From: Butyrivibrio sp.
GTDB taxonomy: Bacteria; Bacillota; Clostridia; Lachnospirales; Lachnospiraceae
DNA: 64,000 nt
Assembly: GCF_015056685.1 (NCBI RefSeq)
Contig: NZ_SVFW01000006.1
Location: 44,522-108,521 of the forward strand
Direction: 5' to 3'
The translations under genes were made by a program, and so were the position numbers. Below are positions 10,179-18,658 of this stretch, piece after piece (positions within the stretch are counted from its first letter, which is position 1; each line of letters starts with the position of its first letter). The notes beneath the pieces were generated by a model that saw only the letters and a program-made list of their open reading frames with translations, was not told the DNA's origin and did not search any database.

Positions 10179-11317
10179 TTTGTTGGTGGCGGAGCATTTT
10201 GCGGAGCCGACGGCATTTCTGAAATGCCTTTAGAACCGGTATCTTGTGGTACCGGTTCTTTTATTGCATTATTATTGGTTTCAGCTGGGGCACCTTCTGT
10301 AGTTGGCATGTTATCTGTAGGAGGAGCATTTTCTGAAGCACTGTTATTTTCTTCGGGAGCTTCATTTAACTGAGATGCATTTTGATTATCAGGTGCTATT
10401 TGCAGATCAGGATTGTTGTTGCCTTCGGATGGGATGTCGGGATTTTGCAGGCTCTCGGGATCATCAATTGGGATTTGCTTATCAGTTGTGTTTTCCTCCG
10501 GAATCTCACCTGGAATTTCAGAAGGACCATTTCCGTTACCTTCAGCACCAGAGTACTCTGAGAGTATCTCTTTTACGGGGAGTGACTTATAAACATCTTT
10601 AAGGGCTGATAAGTCCTGGCTGTTATCACCGGTAAAAGAATCTGTTTCATTATCAGGGTTGCTATCAGCTATTTGCTTCATGGCTTCGAACCTTCCTGTA
10701 CTCATACCGGAGCCTATGGCTTCCTGCCTTGAAGCTATATCAGATTCAAGGAGGCAAAGACTGATTTTGCTATCATCAAAAGCTTCGGTTATATCACCAG
10801 AAAGATCACTGTAAGAGCGTTCACTTCCGGGGACGACATCAATTAGTATTGAGGCATCGTCACCGAGGAGATAATTGTTTTCCTGTAAAACAGCAACTGT
10901 TTCTGATAGTGCATCGGAAAGAGTTTTGTTTTTCAGACTATCACTAAGGGCATCAACAACCTCGGCAGCATCGTCATTGAGGGCGGTTACGTTTATTACC
11001 CTGTTCAGTCTGTTTAAGGTGTATTCTATGGATGGATTTACATCGACTGTAACATAGGAATAAGCAAGAGCTGTCTCGTACATATAGGAGAGGCCTGCAG
11101 CAATGATGATAAGGGCAGCAGCCGCATATGGCAGAAATAATCTGTACATGCTTTGATGCCTGTTTTTTTTGCCTCTTATATGACAGGTTGTTGGCGAGTC
11201 TGCAATGACTGATATTTCCTGGCCGACGTCAAAGTTACCGGCTATTTTTCTAAAGCATCCGTCATCGCAAAGAACGGCACATATTCTTTTCTTTTTTTCC
11301 ATTACAATTGCGTGCAT
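10175..11317 (-). CDS. RsgI-like anti-sigma factor
   Basis: RsgI_N-like N-terminus [25 protein letters not shown], a single TM helix, an extracytoplasmic VDVNPSIEY segment and a Pro/Asn/Glu-rich low-complexity tail. It lies directly downstream of the sigma gene, and its stop overlaps the convergent giant ORF by 4 nt. Confidence 0.7.
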   Translation of the reverse strand: MHAIVMEKKKRICAVLCDDGCFRKIAGNFDVGQEISVIADSPTTCHIRGKKNRHQSMYRLFLPYAAAALIIIAAGLSYMYETALAYSYVTVDVNPSIEYTLNRLNRVINVTALNDDAAEVVDALSDSLKNKTLSDALSETVAVLQENNYLLGDDASILIDVVPGSERSYSDLSGDITEAFDDSKISLCLLESDIASRQEAIGSGMSTGRFEAMKQIADSNPDNETDSFTGDNSQDLSALKDVYKSLPVKEILSEYSGAEGNGNGPSEIPGEIPEENTTDKQIPIDDPESLQNPDIPSEGNNNPDLQIAPDNQNASQLNEAPEENNSASENAPPTDNMPTTEGAPAETNNNAIKEPVPQDTGSKGISEMPSAPQNAPPPTN

Positions 11318-11328
11318 GATCTGTCCCT

Positions 11329-12081
11329 TTACAAATTTGATGGAGAGTTAGTTATAAACCACATATATTCTGAAAGCTGTGGATAATCACCATTTATTAT
11401 CAGTGTTGCAGTGATTATGTAGCGTCTGTATCTATCCAGCATTTTTCTTGATATTCGGCTTTTTTCCTCGAGTTCTTTCATTGGAAGAGTTTTTGAACGT
11501 TTCATTTTCTGCAGCAGTTCTTCTGAAGTTAACATCGCCTTTACAGCCTTAGCGCATGCTCTCTTAGTCTTTTCCGTGCAGGGGGAGCATTTTGTCAGAT
11601 CCATAAAGCTAAAACCATAGTCAGTAAGCTTGCTGCTGATCTCTGCTATCTCATCTTTTACAGTTACCTGATGGTCTATGGAATCTTGTTTTAAATAAGA
11701 AATATCTGCTGATTTTTCCTTGAGCTCAAATGAAATAGGAGACTCCTTGTCCTCATCTATTTCTCCTTCAAAAAGGTAGGGTTCTACGCTAAACTCGCAT
11801 TCATGGTGCTTTGCCTTTCTCATATGATCAAGAATCCTTCTCTTTATGACCAGATTTGCAAAACTTGAGAAAGCTCCTTTGGAAATATCGTAAGAATCGA
11901 TAGCTTCAAGGAAAGCGCTAAGTGCAATGGAGTACTCATCATCACTTTCTGTTATGAATCTTCCCACACATTTATATGCACAGTATTTTATGTATCCTGT
12001 GTTTTTTTCAATAAAAGAATTCAGCTGAGCCGGAGTATTTTTTACCTCTATGACTTCTTCGCTAAATGCATTCTTTTCCAT
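11329..12081 (-). CDS. SigI-like alternative sigma-70 family factor
   Basis: A region-2-like segment (DDEYSIALSAFLEAIDSYDISKGAFSSFANLVIKRRILDHMRK) and a C-terminal helical domain. The start MEKNAF (ATG 12081) is preceded by GGGAG. It is paired with an RsgI-like gene. Confidence 0.7.
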   Translation of the reverse strand: MEKNAFSEEVIEVKNTPAQLNSFIEKNTGYIKYCAYKCVGRFITESDDEYSIALSAFLEAIDSYDISKGAFSSFANLVIKRRILDHMRKAKHHECEFSVEPYLFEGEIDEDKESPISFELKEKSADISYLKQDSIDHQVTVKDEIAEISSKLTDYGFSFMDLTKCSPCTEKTKRACAKAVKAMLTSEELLQKMKRSKTLPMKELEEKSRISRKMLDRYRRYIITATLIINGDYPQLSEYMWFITNSPSNL

Positions 12082-12106
12082 AATTAACTCCCGAGTATAT
12101 TGAATT

Positions 12107-12135
12107 ATTCGAATATGGATGGACAAAGAATGGGG
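12107..12135 (-). promoter_or_regulatory. Candidate sigma-I type autoregulatory promoter (ACCCC ... CGAA)
   Basis: The minus strand reads ctACCCCattctttgtccatccatattCGAAtaatt about 25-55 nt upstream of the sigma start. Sigma-I promoters are known for a C-rich -35 and a CGWA -10. The spacing here (20 nt) is uncertain. Confidence 0.25.
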
Positions 12136-12248
12136 TAGCCCGCCAAAAAAGATTTTTTGAATTTTTTTAATGTGACCCCACTATATTTGTTTGCTTGCAA
12201 GAAATATTACTGTGAGGAACTAAAAATAAATTAAAAATGGAGGAATCT

Positions 12249-12986
12249 ATGATGAAAAGAATAATTGGAACAATGACAGCAATAGCTTCGGCGATTATAA
12301 TGCTTGCAACCGTGCAGGTTACAGCCATGGCAGCACCTCAGGCAAAAGATGCGCAGCCACCTGCTCAGGGAGCGGCACCTGTCCAGGGCGAAGCGCCAAA
12401 GGGCGGACAGGCACCAAAAGAGGGTGAGCAGCCACCGGAAATGCCTGATGCATCAGGAGCTGCAAGTACCGGTGAAGCACCTGAAAAGCCAGAGGGTGAA
12501 GCTCCTAAAGAAGAGCCTAAGGATGGAGAAAAGCCTTTAGCAGACGCAGATATGACAACTTTGCTTGAAAATCTTCTTGAGGCAATCGAAGCTCTGGATG
12601 ATGAAGATGTAAAAGAAAACATTACAGAATTATATGATGCATTTGTAGATGCCCTTGATGCAGAGCAGGCAGCAATAGATGCAGAATCTGATGAAGACAC
12701 ATTAGCTGAAGTTAAGCAGGCTGTTGAAGATGCGAGAGCAGCGCTGCAGAGCGCTTTGGAAGAAGCAGGAATCGATTTTGACCTTGAACCAAAGACAGGT
12801 GATGAAGCGCCAAAGGCTATAGAGGATGGTGAAGAGTTATCCGAAGAAATTGCACCAAAGGATGCAGAGCCTGCCGTAAATGAAGATGGAAGTGCTGATG
12901 AATCTGTTGAGAAGACAAGCCCTATCAAGAAGATTGGAAACGCAATAAAGAGCTTTTTTAACAAATTATTCAAAAAGAGCGAATAA
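12249..12986 (+). CDS. Secreted acidic Pro/Ala/Glu-rich protein of unknown function
   Basis: Signal peptide MMKRIIGTMTAIASAIIMLATVQVTAMA, a PEGEAPKEEPK low-complexity region and an acidic helical C-terminal half. GGAGG lies 5-6 nt before ATG 12249. Divergent from the sigma gene. Confidence 0.6.
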   Translation: MMKRIIGTMTAIASAIIMLATVQVTAMAAPQAKDAQPPAQGAAPVQGEAPKGGQAPKEGEQPPEMPDASGAASTGEAPEKPEGEAPKEEPKDGEKPLADADMTTLLENLLEAIEALDDEDVKENITELYDAFVDALDAEQAAIDAESDEDTLAEVKQAVEDARAALQSALEEAGIDFDLEPKTGDEAPKAIEDGEELSEEIAPKDAEPAVNEDGSADESVEKTSPIKKIGNAIKSFFNKLFKKSE

Positions 12987-13015
12987 TTAAGAGTTTATTA
13001 AATTGTGCGAAAGAC

Positions 13016-13044
13016 TTTCAAAAAACAGTATTTAGCCGTATAAT
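13016..13044 (+). promoter_or_regulatory. Candidate sigma-A promoter of clpP (TTTCAA-17-TATAAT)
   Basis: Perfect -10 at 13039-13044 and a weak -35 at 13016-13021. Confidence 0.4.
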
Positions 13045-13089
13045 ATAGTGTGGTTGTGTATAGTTTTTTAGCTGTGCAGACCACACTAT
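13045..13089 (+). promoter_or_regulatory. 10-bp inverted repeat overlapping the predicted clpP transcription start
   Basis: ATAGTGTGGT (13045-13054) and ACCACACTAT (13080-13089). Either an operator or a 5' UTR hairpin. It does not match the CtsR or CIRCE consensus. Confidence 0.3.
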
Positions 13090-13143
13090 TTAGGTTTAGT
13101 GGTAAATAATGCTTTTTGATAAGGCAAGGTTGGAGGACAGATA

Positions 13144-13746
13144 ATGAGTTTAATACCTTATGTCATTGAACAAACAAGCCGTGGAGAGAGATCTTATGAT
13201 ATTTACTCCAGACTTTTAAAAGAAAGAATCGTATTCCTTGGTGAGGAAGTTAATGCTACATCAGCAAGTATTGTTGTTGCACAGCTTCTTTTCCTTGAGG
13301 CAGAGGATCCTAACAAGGATATCCACATGTATATCAACAGCCCAGGAGGAGAGATCACTTCCGGAATGGCTATCTACGATACAATGCACTACATCAAGTG
13401 TGATGTAAGCACAATCTGTATCGGTATGGCTGCCAGCATGGGTGCATTCCTTCTTGCAGGTGGTGCAAAGGGGAAGAGAATGGCACTTCCTAACGCTGAA
13501 GTTATGATCCATCAGCCACTTGGCGGAACACAGGGCCAGGCTACAGAAATTGAGATTGCTGCAAAGCACATCCTCAGAACAAAAGAGAAGATGAACAGAA
13601 TGCTTGCAGAAAATACAGGAAAGACATATGAGCAGGTTTGCGCAGATACAGAGCGTGATAACTGGCTTTCAGCTCAGGAAGCTCTTGACTACGGTCTTAT
13701 CGATTCAATCATTGAGAATCGTCCTGTAGAAAAGGAATCTAAGTAA
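13144..13746 (+). CDS. clpP: ATP-dependent Clp protease proteolytic subunit
   Basis: [19 protein letters not shown], active-site context [14 protein letters not shown], and MIHQPLGG. Confidence 0.95.
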   Translation: MSLIPYVIEQTSRGERSYDIYSRLLKERIVFLGEEVNATSASIVVAQLLFLEAEDPNKDIHMYINSPGGEITSGMAIYDTMHYIKCDVSTICIGMAASMGAFLLAGGAKGKRMALPNAEVMIHQPLGGTQGQATEIEIAAKHILRTKEKMNRMLAENTGKTYEQVCADTERDNWLSAQEALDYGLIDSIIENRPVEKESK

Positions 13747-13760
13747 TCAAAGGAGATGTT

Positions 13761-15029
13761 ATGGCAGGAAAAAATTCCGGAGAGATCAGGTGCTCTTTTT
13801 GTAACAAGACACAGGATCAGGTAAAAAAGTTAATAGCAGGACCTGCAGGAGTATATATTTGTGATGAATGCGTTGAGATATGCGCAGATATCATAGAGGA
13901 AGAGTTCGAGGACGAGCCTGTCGCAGCCAGCGAAAAGAACATCAATCTTCTTAAGCCGGTTGAGATCAGAAACTTTCTTGATGAGTATGTAATCGGACAG
14001 GATGAAGCTAAAAAGGTTTTAGCAGTTTCTGTTTATAACCATTACAAGAGAGTTCTTGCTCCTAAGAGCGAGGACAAAAACGATGTTGAGCTTCAAAAGA
14101 GTAACATTATCATGATCGGACCTACAGGTTCAGGTAAAACATATCTTGCACAGACACTTGCCAAGATCATAAATGTTCCTTTTGCTATCGCTGATGCTAC
14201 TACTCTTACTGAGGCAGGTTATGTTGGTGAGGACGTTGAGAATATTCTCCTTAAACTTATCCAGAATGCTGACTACGATATTGAGAGAGCTCAGTACGGA
14301 ATTGTTTATATCGATGAGATTGATAAGATCACTAAAAAGAGTGAGAACGTATCTATAACAAGAGATGTTTCAGGTGAAGGTGTACAGCAGGCACTTCTTA
14401 AGATCGTAGAAGGTACTGTTGCAAGTGTTCCACCTCAGGGCGGAAGAAAGCATCCTCATCAGGAGCTTATCCAGATTGATACAAGCAATATCCTCTTCAT
14501 CTGCGGCGGTGCATTTGATGGTCTTGATAAGATTGTTGAGGCAAGACTTGACAGAAATTCAATCGGATTCAATGCAGAGATTGCTGATAAGTCAGAAAGA
14601 GAGATCGGAGAGGTCCTTAAAGAGGTAACACCTCAGGATCTTGTTAAGTTTGGTCTCATTCCTGAGTTTGTAGGACGTGTGCCGATCACAGTTACTTTGG
14701 AAGGTCTTTCCAAGGAAGCTTTGGTCAAGATCCTTACAAAGCCAAGGAATGCCCTTGTTAAGCAGTATCAGAAGCTCTTTGACTTCGATGATGTTAAGCT
14801 TACATTCGAGGATGAAGCAGTTCAGAGAATTGCAGAGATGGCTTACGAGAGAGAAACAGGAGCCCGTGGACTTCGCTCCATTATGGAGAAGACTATGATG
14901 GATGTTATGTATCAGATTCCTTCTGATGACACCATCAGCGAGTGTGTTATCACAGATGCTTCTGTAGATGGCACAAGCCAGCCACTCATCGTCCACAAGG
15001 ACAGCAAGAAATTAAAACAGGCTAAATAA
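13761..15029 (+). CDS. clpX: ATP-dependent Clp protease ATP-binding subunit ClpX
   Basis: N-terminal zinc ribbon CSFCNK..CDECV, Walker A GPTGSGKT, Walker B YIDEIDK. Confidence 0.95.
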   Translation: MAGKNSGEIRCSFCNKTQDQVKKLIAGPAGVYICDECVEICADIIEEEFEDEPVAASEKNINLLKPVEIRNFLDEYVIGQDEAKKVLAVSVYNHYKRVLAPKSEDKNDVELQKSNIIMIGPTGSGKTYLAQTLAKIINVPFAIADATTLTEAGYVGEDVENILLKLIQNADYDIERAQYGIVYIDEIDKITKKSENVSITRDVSGEGVQQALLKIVEGTVASVPPQGGRKHPHQELIQIDTSNILFICGGAFDGLDKIVEARLDRNSIGFNAEIADKSEREIGEVLKEVTPQDLVKFGLIPEFVGRVPITVTLEGLSKEALVKILTKPRNALVKQYQKLFDFDDVKLTFEDEAVQRIAEMAYERETGARGLRSIMEKTMMDVMYQIPSDDTISECVITDASVDGTSQPLIVHKDSKKLKQAK

Positions 15030-15036
15030 AAAATAA

Positions 15037-15079
15037 AAGCTGTGAGAAATGAGAGATCATTTTTCACAGCTTCTTTTTT
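15037..15079. terminator. Bidirectional terminator between convergent clpX and engB
   Basis: AAGCTGTGAGAAA ... TTTTTCACAGCTT hairpin flanked by A- and T-runs. Confidence 0.7.
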
Positions 15080-15686
15080 AAGCTTCAGTTGAAGGAGATG
15101 CTTCCGTGAGCAGTTCATCCATGAAGTCGTAGATTTCCTGTCTGCCTTCTTTGGATAATGCTGAATATGGGAAGATTTTAATTTCATCAGGAAGGCCAAG
15201 GCCGTTCCTTAACATGTTCAGGTGCTTCTCGCGCTGAGAAGGCTTGATCTTATCAGCCTTGGTTGCAATGATAACCGGCTGGAAGCCCTGATGAACGATC
15301 CATTTGTACATCTGAACGTCGTTGGCTGAAGGTTCGTGACGAATATCGATAAGAAGGAAAACTCTAAGGAGCTGCTTGGATGTGTGGAGATAGTTCTCAA
15401 TCATTTTTCCCCACTGTTCCTTAACCTTTTCAGGAACACGAGCAAATCCGTATCCCGGAAGGTCTACAAGGTAGAACTCGTTGTTTATATTGTAGTAGTT
15501 GATTGTCTGAGTCTTTCCAGGCTCCTGTGAAGTTCTGGCATAGTTTTTACGATTCATTATGCCGTTAATGAGTGAGCTTTTGCCTACATTACTTTTTCCT
15601 GCGAAGGCAAATTCAGGAAACTGATTGTCTGGAAGTGTGCTTGTGATTCCACAAACTGTTTCAAGATTTACATTTTTAATAACCAT
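15078..15686 (-). CDS. engB: Ribosome biogenesis GTP-binding protein YihA/YsxC
   Basis: G1 GKSNVGKSSLIN, G3 DLPGYG, G4 TKADK. Confidence 0.9.
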   Translation of the reverse strand: MVIKNVNLETVCGITSTLPDNQFPEFAFAGKSNVGKSSLINGIMNRKNYARTSQEPGKTQTINYYNINNEFYLVDLPGYGFARVPEKVKEQWGKMIENYLHTSKQLLRVFLLIDIRHEPSANDVQMYKWIVHQGFQPVIIATKADKIKPSQREKHLNMLRNGLGLPDEIKIFPYSALSKEGRQEIYDFMDELLTEASPSTEA

Positions 15687-15789
15687 GCTATTCTCTCTAT
15701 TCTTTGTAATTGATGCTTAACAATAATCATTGATTAAGTTAAAATTTAAGGTGAATGTTAATACATTATAGCATATTCGGAGGCAGAGT

Positions 15790-16389
15790 ATGGAAACACT
15801 TAAAAAAATGAAGTTAAATTACGTGATTGAAGCCATTGTGATGATTGCTATAGGTGCTGTTCTTATATTCTGGACAGAAGCGAGCCTTCTCATCATGGCG
15901 AGAGCGTTGGCAATCCTGCTGGTAATAGCAGGTGTGATATTTGTATTCAGCTATTTTTTGCATAAAGAGCGCAGCATTGTGATGTCAGGCGGTTTTGCAA
16001 TGGGAGTTATTATTGCAGCCATTGGCGTTTGGATCTTCCTTAAGCCTGATACATTTACCGATTTTATCCCCAAGCTCTTTGGCGTATTTATCCTGCTTAG
16101 CGGACTTATGAATCTGGGACAGACAATCTCTCTTGTCAGCTACAGATATTCGCTTTGGTGGATCTCATTGATCCTTGCAGTAGGAACTATCGGTATGGGA
16201 GCATTTCTTTTGTTTAATCCTAAGGATGCAAAAGAAATAGCGGTGACTATCATCGGAATATTCCTGGTTTATGATGGAATCACCAATCTGTGGACAATAT
16301 CAAGAGTCTCCAAGTATGCAAAGAGAGTTAACCAGGAGATGAATGCTGTCGATGTTGAAGCAGTTGTTGAGGATGTAGATAAAAAGTAA
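15790..16389 (+). CDS. HdeD/DUF308 family membrane protein
   Basis: About six hydrophobic helices with the repeated DUF308-like pattern (GIFLVYDGITNLW). Confidence 0.6.
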   Translation: METLKKMKLNYVIEAIVMIAIGAVLIFWTEASLLIMARALAILLVIAGVIFVFSYFLHKERSIVMSGGFAMGVIIAAIGVWIFLKPDTFTDFIPKLFGVFILLSGLMNLGQTISLVSYRYSLWWISLILAVGTIGMGAFLLFNPKDAKEIAVTIIGIFLVYDGITNLWTISRVSKYAKRVNQEMNAVDVEAVVEDVDKK

Positions 16390-16411
16390 TGCCGGAAATT
16401 GAGGAATAATA

Positions 16412-17602
16412 ATGACATTTGAACCAATAGAGGTATCGCTTGATGAGGGCTGCATTGATGCTTTCATCAGGCGATATCATTTTAATGACAATGAAAAAGC
16501 AGAAATAATAAGAATTTACAGGAAGATTGCTCCAAGAGTTCATGCTATTTTTCACCATATCATCGAAGAGGATGAAGAGGGAAAAAAGTCTGCACTTGTA
16601 GTAGCAAGTCTTGGAAGAGCAATTGATGAGTTTCAGAATAATCTTTTGGAAAAGGGAAATATTCAGGAAGCCTATATTGTTGATTGTCTGGGACTGGATT
16701 TTTTATCACTTGCCTATGAAAAAATAGATGAAAAGCTCCATGAGTCCACAGGTCTTTATGCCGGAGGATATCAGTTTGCAGGAAGTGATGACTTTCCGCT
16801 TGAAAGTATTCCTGAAGCCATGAAAAAGCTTGGACAAAAGAAAATAAGATATAATGACGCCTTTGTGCTTGTTCCCAAAAAGAGTGTTGTGTTTAGGACT
16901 CAACTATTTGAAAAGCAGCAGGAAAAGCATTCCAAGTGTAGTAGCTGCAGCGCTGAAAAATGCGTATACAGGACAAGTGAGTATGCCGGAGCTACAAGAG
17001 TTTTGAAAGATAATGCAGATGTGAAAATAGATTTGTCGAAAGAGAAGAGAGAAAACATGGGAGACGGTGATAAGAGGGCAAAAGGCCTGATCCACCTTTA
17101 TACCGGCGATGGCAAGGGCAAGACTACAGCATCTATCGGACTTGCCATAAGAGCAGCAGGTTCCGGCAAAAAAGTTGTATTCACCCAGTTCATGAAAGGA
17201 AGACAAACATCAGAACTAAACTCTTTTGCCCTGATCCCGAATATTAAAGTCATAAGAAGTGATAAAAACCTCGGCTGGTTCAAAAAGGACTCGGAAGACT
17301 CTGTATCCGCGTTTACCGGCGAACACAACAGAATCCTTACAGAAATAGAAAAACTCGTAAGTAGTGGAGAGTGTGACGTCCTTGTCATGGATGAATCCAC
17401 CTATCCCTACAATTACGGGATTATTGATAAGGACAGATTTGAAGCTTTGATACTAAACAAGCCTGCCTATATGGAAATTGTTTTAACAGGTAGAAATGCA
17501 CCTGACTTTTTTATTGATAATGCAGATTATATTACAGAGATGAAGAAAATAAGGCATCCTTACGACGAAGGCATTGAAGCGCGCCTGGGCATTGAATATT
17601 GA
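16412..17602 (+). CDS. Fusion protein: N-terminal methionine-synthase-activation-like domain plus C-terminal cob(I)yrinic acid a,c-diamide adenosyltransferase (CobO/BtuR type)
   Basis: C-terminal half has KGLIHLYTGDGKGKTTASIGLAIRAAGSGKKVVFTQFMKG and DVLVMDE. The assignment of the ~200-aa N-terminal domain rests on my recollection of the family only. Confidence 0.65.
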   Translation: MTFEPIEVSLDEGCIDAFIRRYHFNDNEKAEIIRIYRKIAPRVHAIFHHIIEEDEEGKKSALVVASLGRAIDEFQNNLLEKGNIQEAYIVDCLGLDFLSLAYEKIDEKLHESTGLYAGGYQFAGSDDFPLESIPEAMKKLGQKKIRYNDAFVLVPKKSVVFRTQLFEKQQEKHSKCSSCSAEKCVYRTSEYAGATRVLKDNADVKIDLSKEKRENMGDGDKRAKGLIHLYTGDGKGKTTASIGLAIRAAGSGKKVVFTQFMKGRQTSELNSFALIPNIKVIRSDKNLGWFKKDSEDSVSAFTGEHNRILTEIEKLVSSGECDVLVMDESTYPYNYGIIDKDRFEALILNKPAYMEIVLTGRNAPDFFIDNADYITEMKKIRHPYDEGIEARLGIEY

Positions 17603-17675
17603 TTATCCAATAAAAAGGGAGAGTATTATGGTTTTAAACATTTTGTTTTTGCCAGAATACTCTCTCTTTGTATGA

Positions 17676-17737
17676 GGGTAAGCACCTAGCGGTGTGGCTG
17701 GTCATTATGCCTCGGGCTCTGAATCCAGGAACAGTAG
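17676..17737 (-). ncRNA. Truncated left arm (5' third only) of the structured arm motif
   Basis: The reverse complement aligns with the first ~60 nt of the other arms (CTACTGTTCCTGGATTCAGAGCCCGAGGC..CCAGCCACACCGCTAGGTGCTTACCC). The remainder is deleted next to TTTGTAT. Confidence 0.5.
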
Positions 17738-17759
17738 GGGTGGCTACTTTTCTGACTAT

Positions 17760-17996
17760 GGGTAATTTTTTAATATTCCGACCTTTTACCCGTGTTTTGT
17801 TAGTACCCATGGGCAATATTTAATTTTCTCTGCCTTTTACCCGAGCTATCAGACATTCATTGGGTAAATCTATTATTTTTTTCATATTTGCCCAAGCTTG
17901 TCCAATAATTCTCGGGTAATAATCATCTCTTTTATTTCCTTACCCAAATCATACACTAACTCATGGGTAAAAACCTGCATTTTGTTCTTTTTGCCC
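17760..17996. repeat. Array of five hairpin units, GGG(T/C)AA-N20-22-TT(A/G)CCC, period 51-52 bp
   Basis: GGGYAA begins at 17760, 17811, 17862, 17914 and 17965. Partners are at 17786, 17837, 17888, 17940 and 17991. Confidence 0.8.
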
Positions 17997-18170
17997 GCAA
18001 TGCTCTTTAAAAATGGACAATACGAGACCATGATTTGAGACCAAAACACTTTTATTGGCACTTTCAATTGGTCCATATAAGATAAATCAGGCTGTTTATA
18101 ATAGAGTTATCTTATATACACAGTTGGCCGAAGACATTGCAACGCAGAGCCGCTTATGCCTCTATGTTAT

Positions 18171-18256
18171 GCACGCCGTCCAGGGAAAATCTATTCTAGC
18201 GTGCCTTGCATCCATATACCTTGCACGCAATCTGATAATAATTCACTTTAGCGTGC
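18171..18256. repeat. Two GCACGC-N22-GCGTGC hairpin units, period 52 bp
   Basis: GCACGC at 18171 and 18223; GCGTGC at 18199 and 18251. Confidence 0.7.
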
Positions 18257-18288
18257 ACGAAGCATCTGTTCAGGACAGTCATATCCTA

Positions 18289-18483
18289 CTACTGTTCTCG
18301 GATTCAGAGCCTGAGGCAGAAAAAACCAGCCACACCGCAGGTGCTTGCCCTTTACTGGTTCTGATGGAAACGCTACAATACCAGGTCCGACGGTGAGTGA
18401 AGAATTACTGTTCCCATCATCCTCACCGTCGGCAAGGTATAGACGGCGTTTCCATCAGGTTCAGTCAAGGGTGGCGCACGCAG
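18289..18483 (+). ncRNA. Right arm of copy 1: ~195-nt candidate structured RNA (unknown class)
   Basis: Starts CTACTGTTCTCGG and ends GGTGGCGCACGCAG. Nested helices carry perfect compensatory variants relative to the other copies (CTGATGGAAACGC / GCGTTTCCATCAG). Confidence 0.55.
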
Positions 18484-18584
18484 CCGATTCACTTACGCAC
18501 ATACAAAAGGAGAGTATTTTAGCAAGTATTAAACACTTATCCACATAAAAGGTAGATGGAGAGTATTCTAATATGCAGTAAATT

Positions 18585-18631
18585 AAAAACCAATCGAGAT
18601 CTAGCCATAGCTATGTGCTCGATTGGTTTTT
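18585..18631. terminator. Bidirectional terminator downstream of the MCP gene
   Basis: AAAAACCAATCGAG ... CTCGATTGGTTTTT. Confidence 0.75.
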
Positions 18632-18658
18632 ATCTTAGCGCTCGCAAGAAAATATGGA

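Larger units (their letters stand above)
17614..18572. mobile_element. Copy 1 of the non-coding arm/array/arm palindromic element family (left arm truncated)
   Basis: No credible ORF. Order: terminal hairpin, 62-nt remnant of the left arm, five GGGYAA/TTRCCC hairpin units, a unique core, two GCACGC/GCGTGC units, and a complete right arm. Mobility is inferred, not shown. Confidence 0.6.

Noticed and set aside
18536-18544. Perfect DnaA-box consensus TTATCCACA at the right flank of element copy 1 (another, reversed, lies inside the GH31 gene near 37137).
   Set aside because: These are isolated single boxes with no cluster, no AT-rich unwinding element and no dnaA or dnaN nearby. They are most likely chance matches.
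18345-18548. ORFs of 56-113 aa lying inside the arms of the palindromic elements (18055-18396, 18345-18548, 32422-32625, 32993-33232, 34823-35032, 35642-35857). Several begin MP(F/L)TGS(D/E).NAT and look conserved between copies.
   Set aside because: Their similarity simply reflects nucleotide identity of the arms. They rely on TTG starts without ribosome-binding sites. The frame is broken by a stop in arm 2R and by indels that are not multiples of three in arms 2L and 3R. Substitutions follow base-pairing (helix) constraints, not codon constraints.
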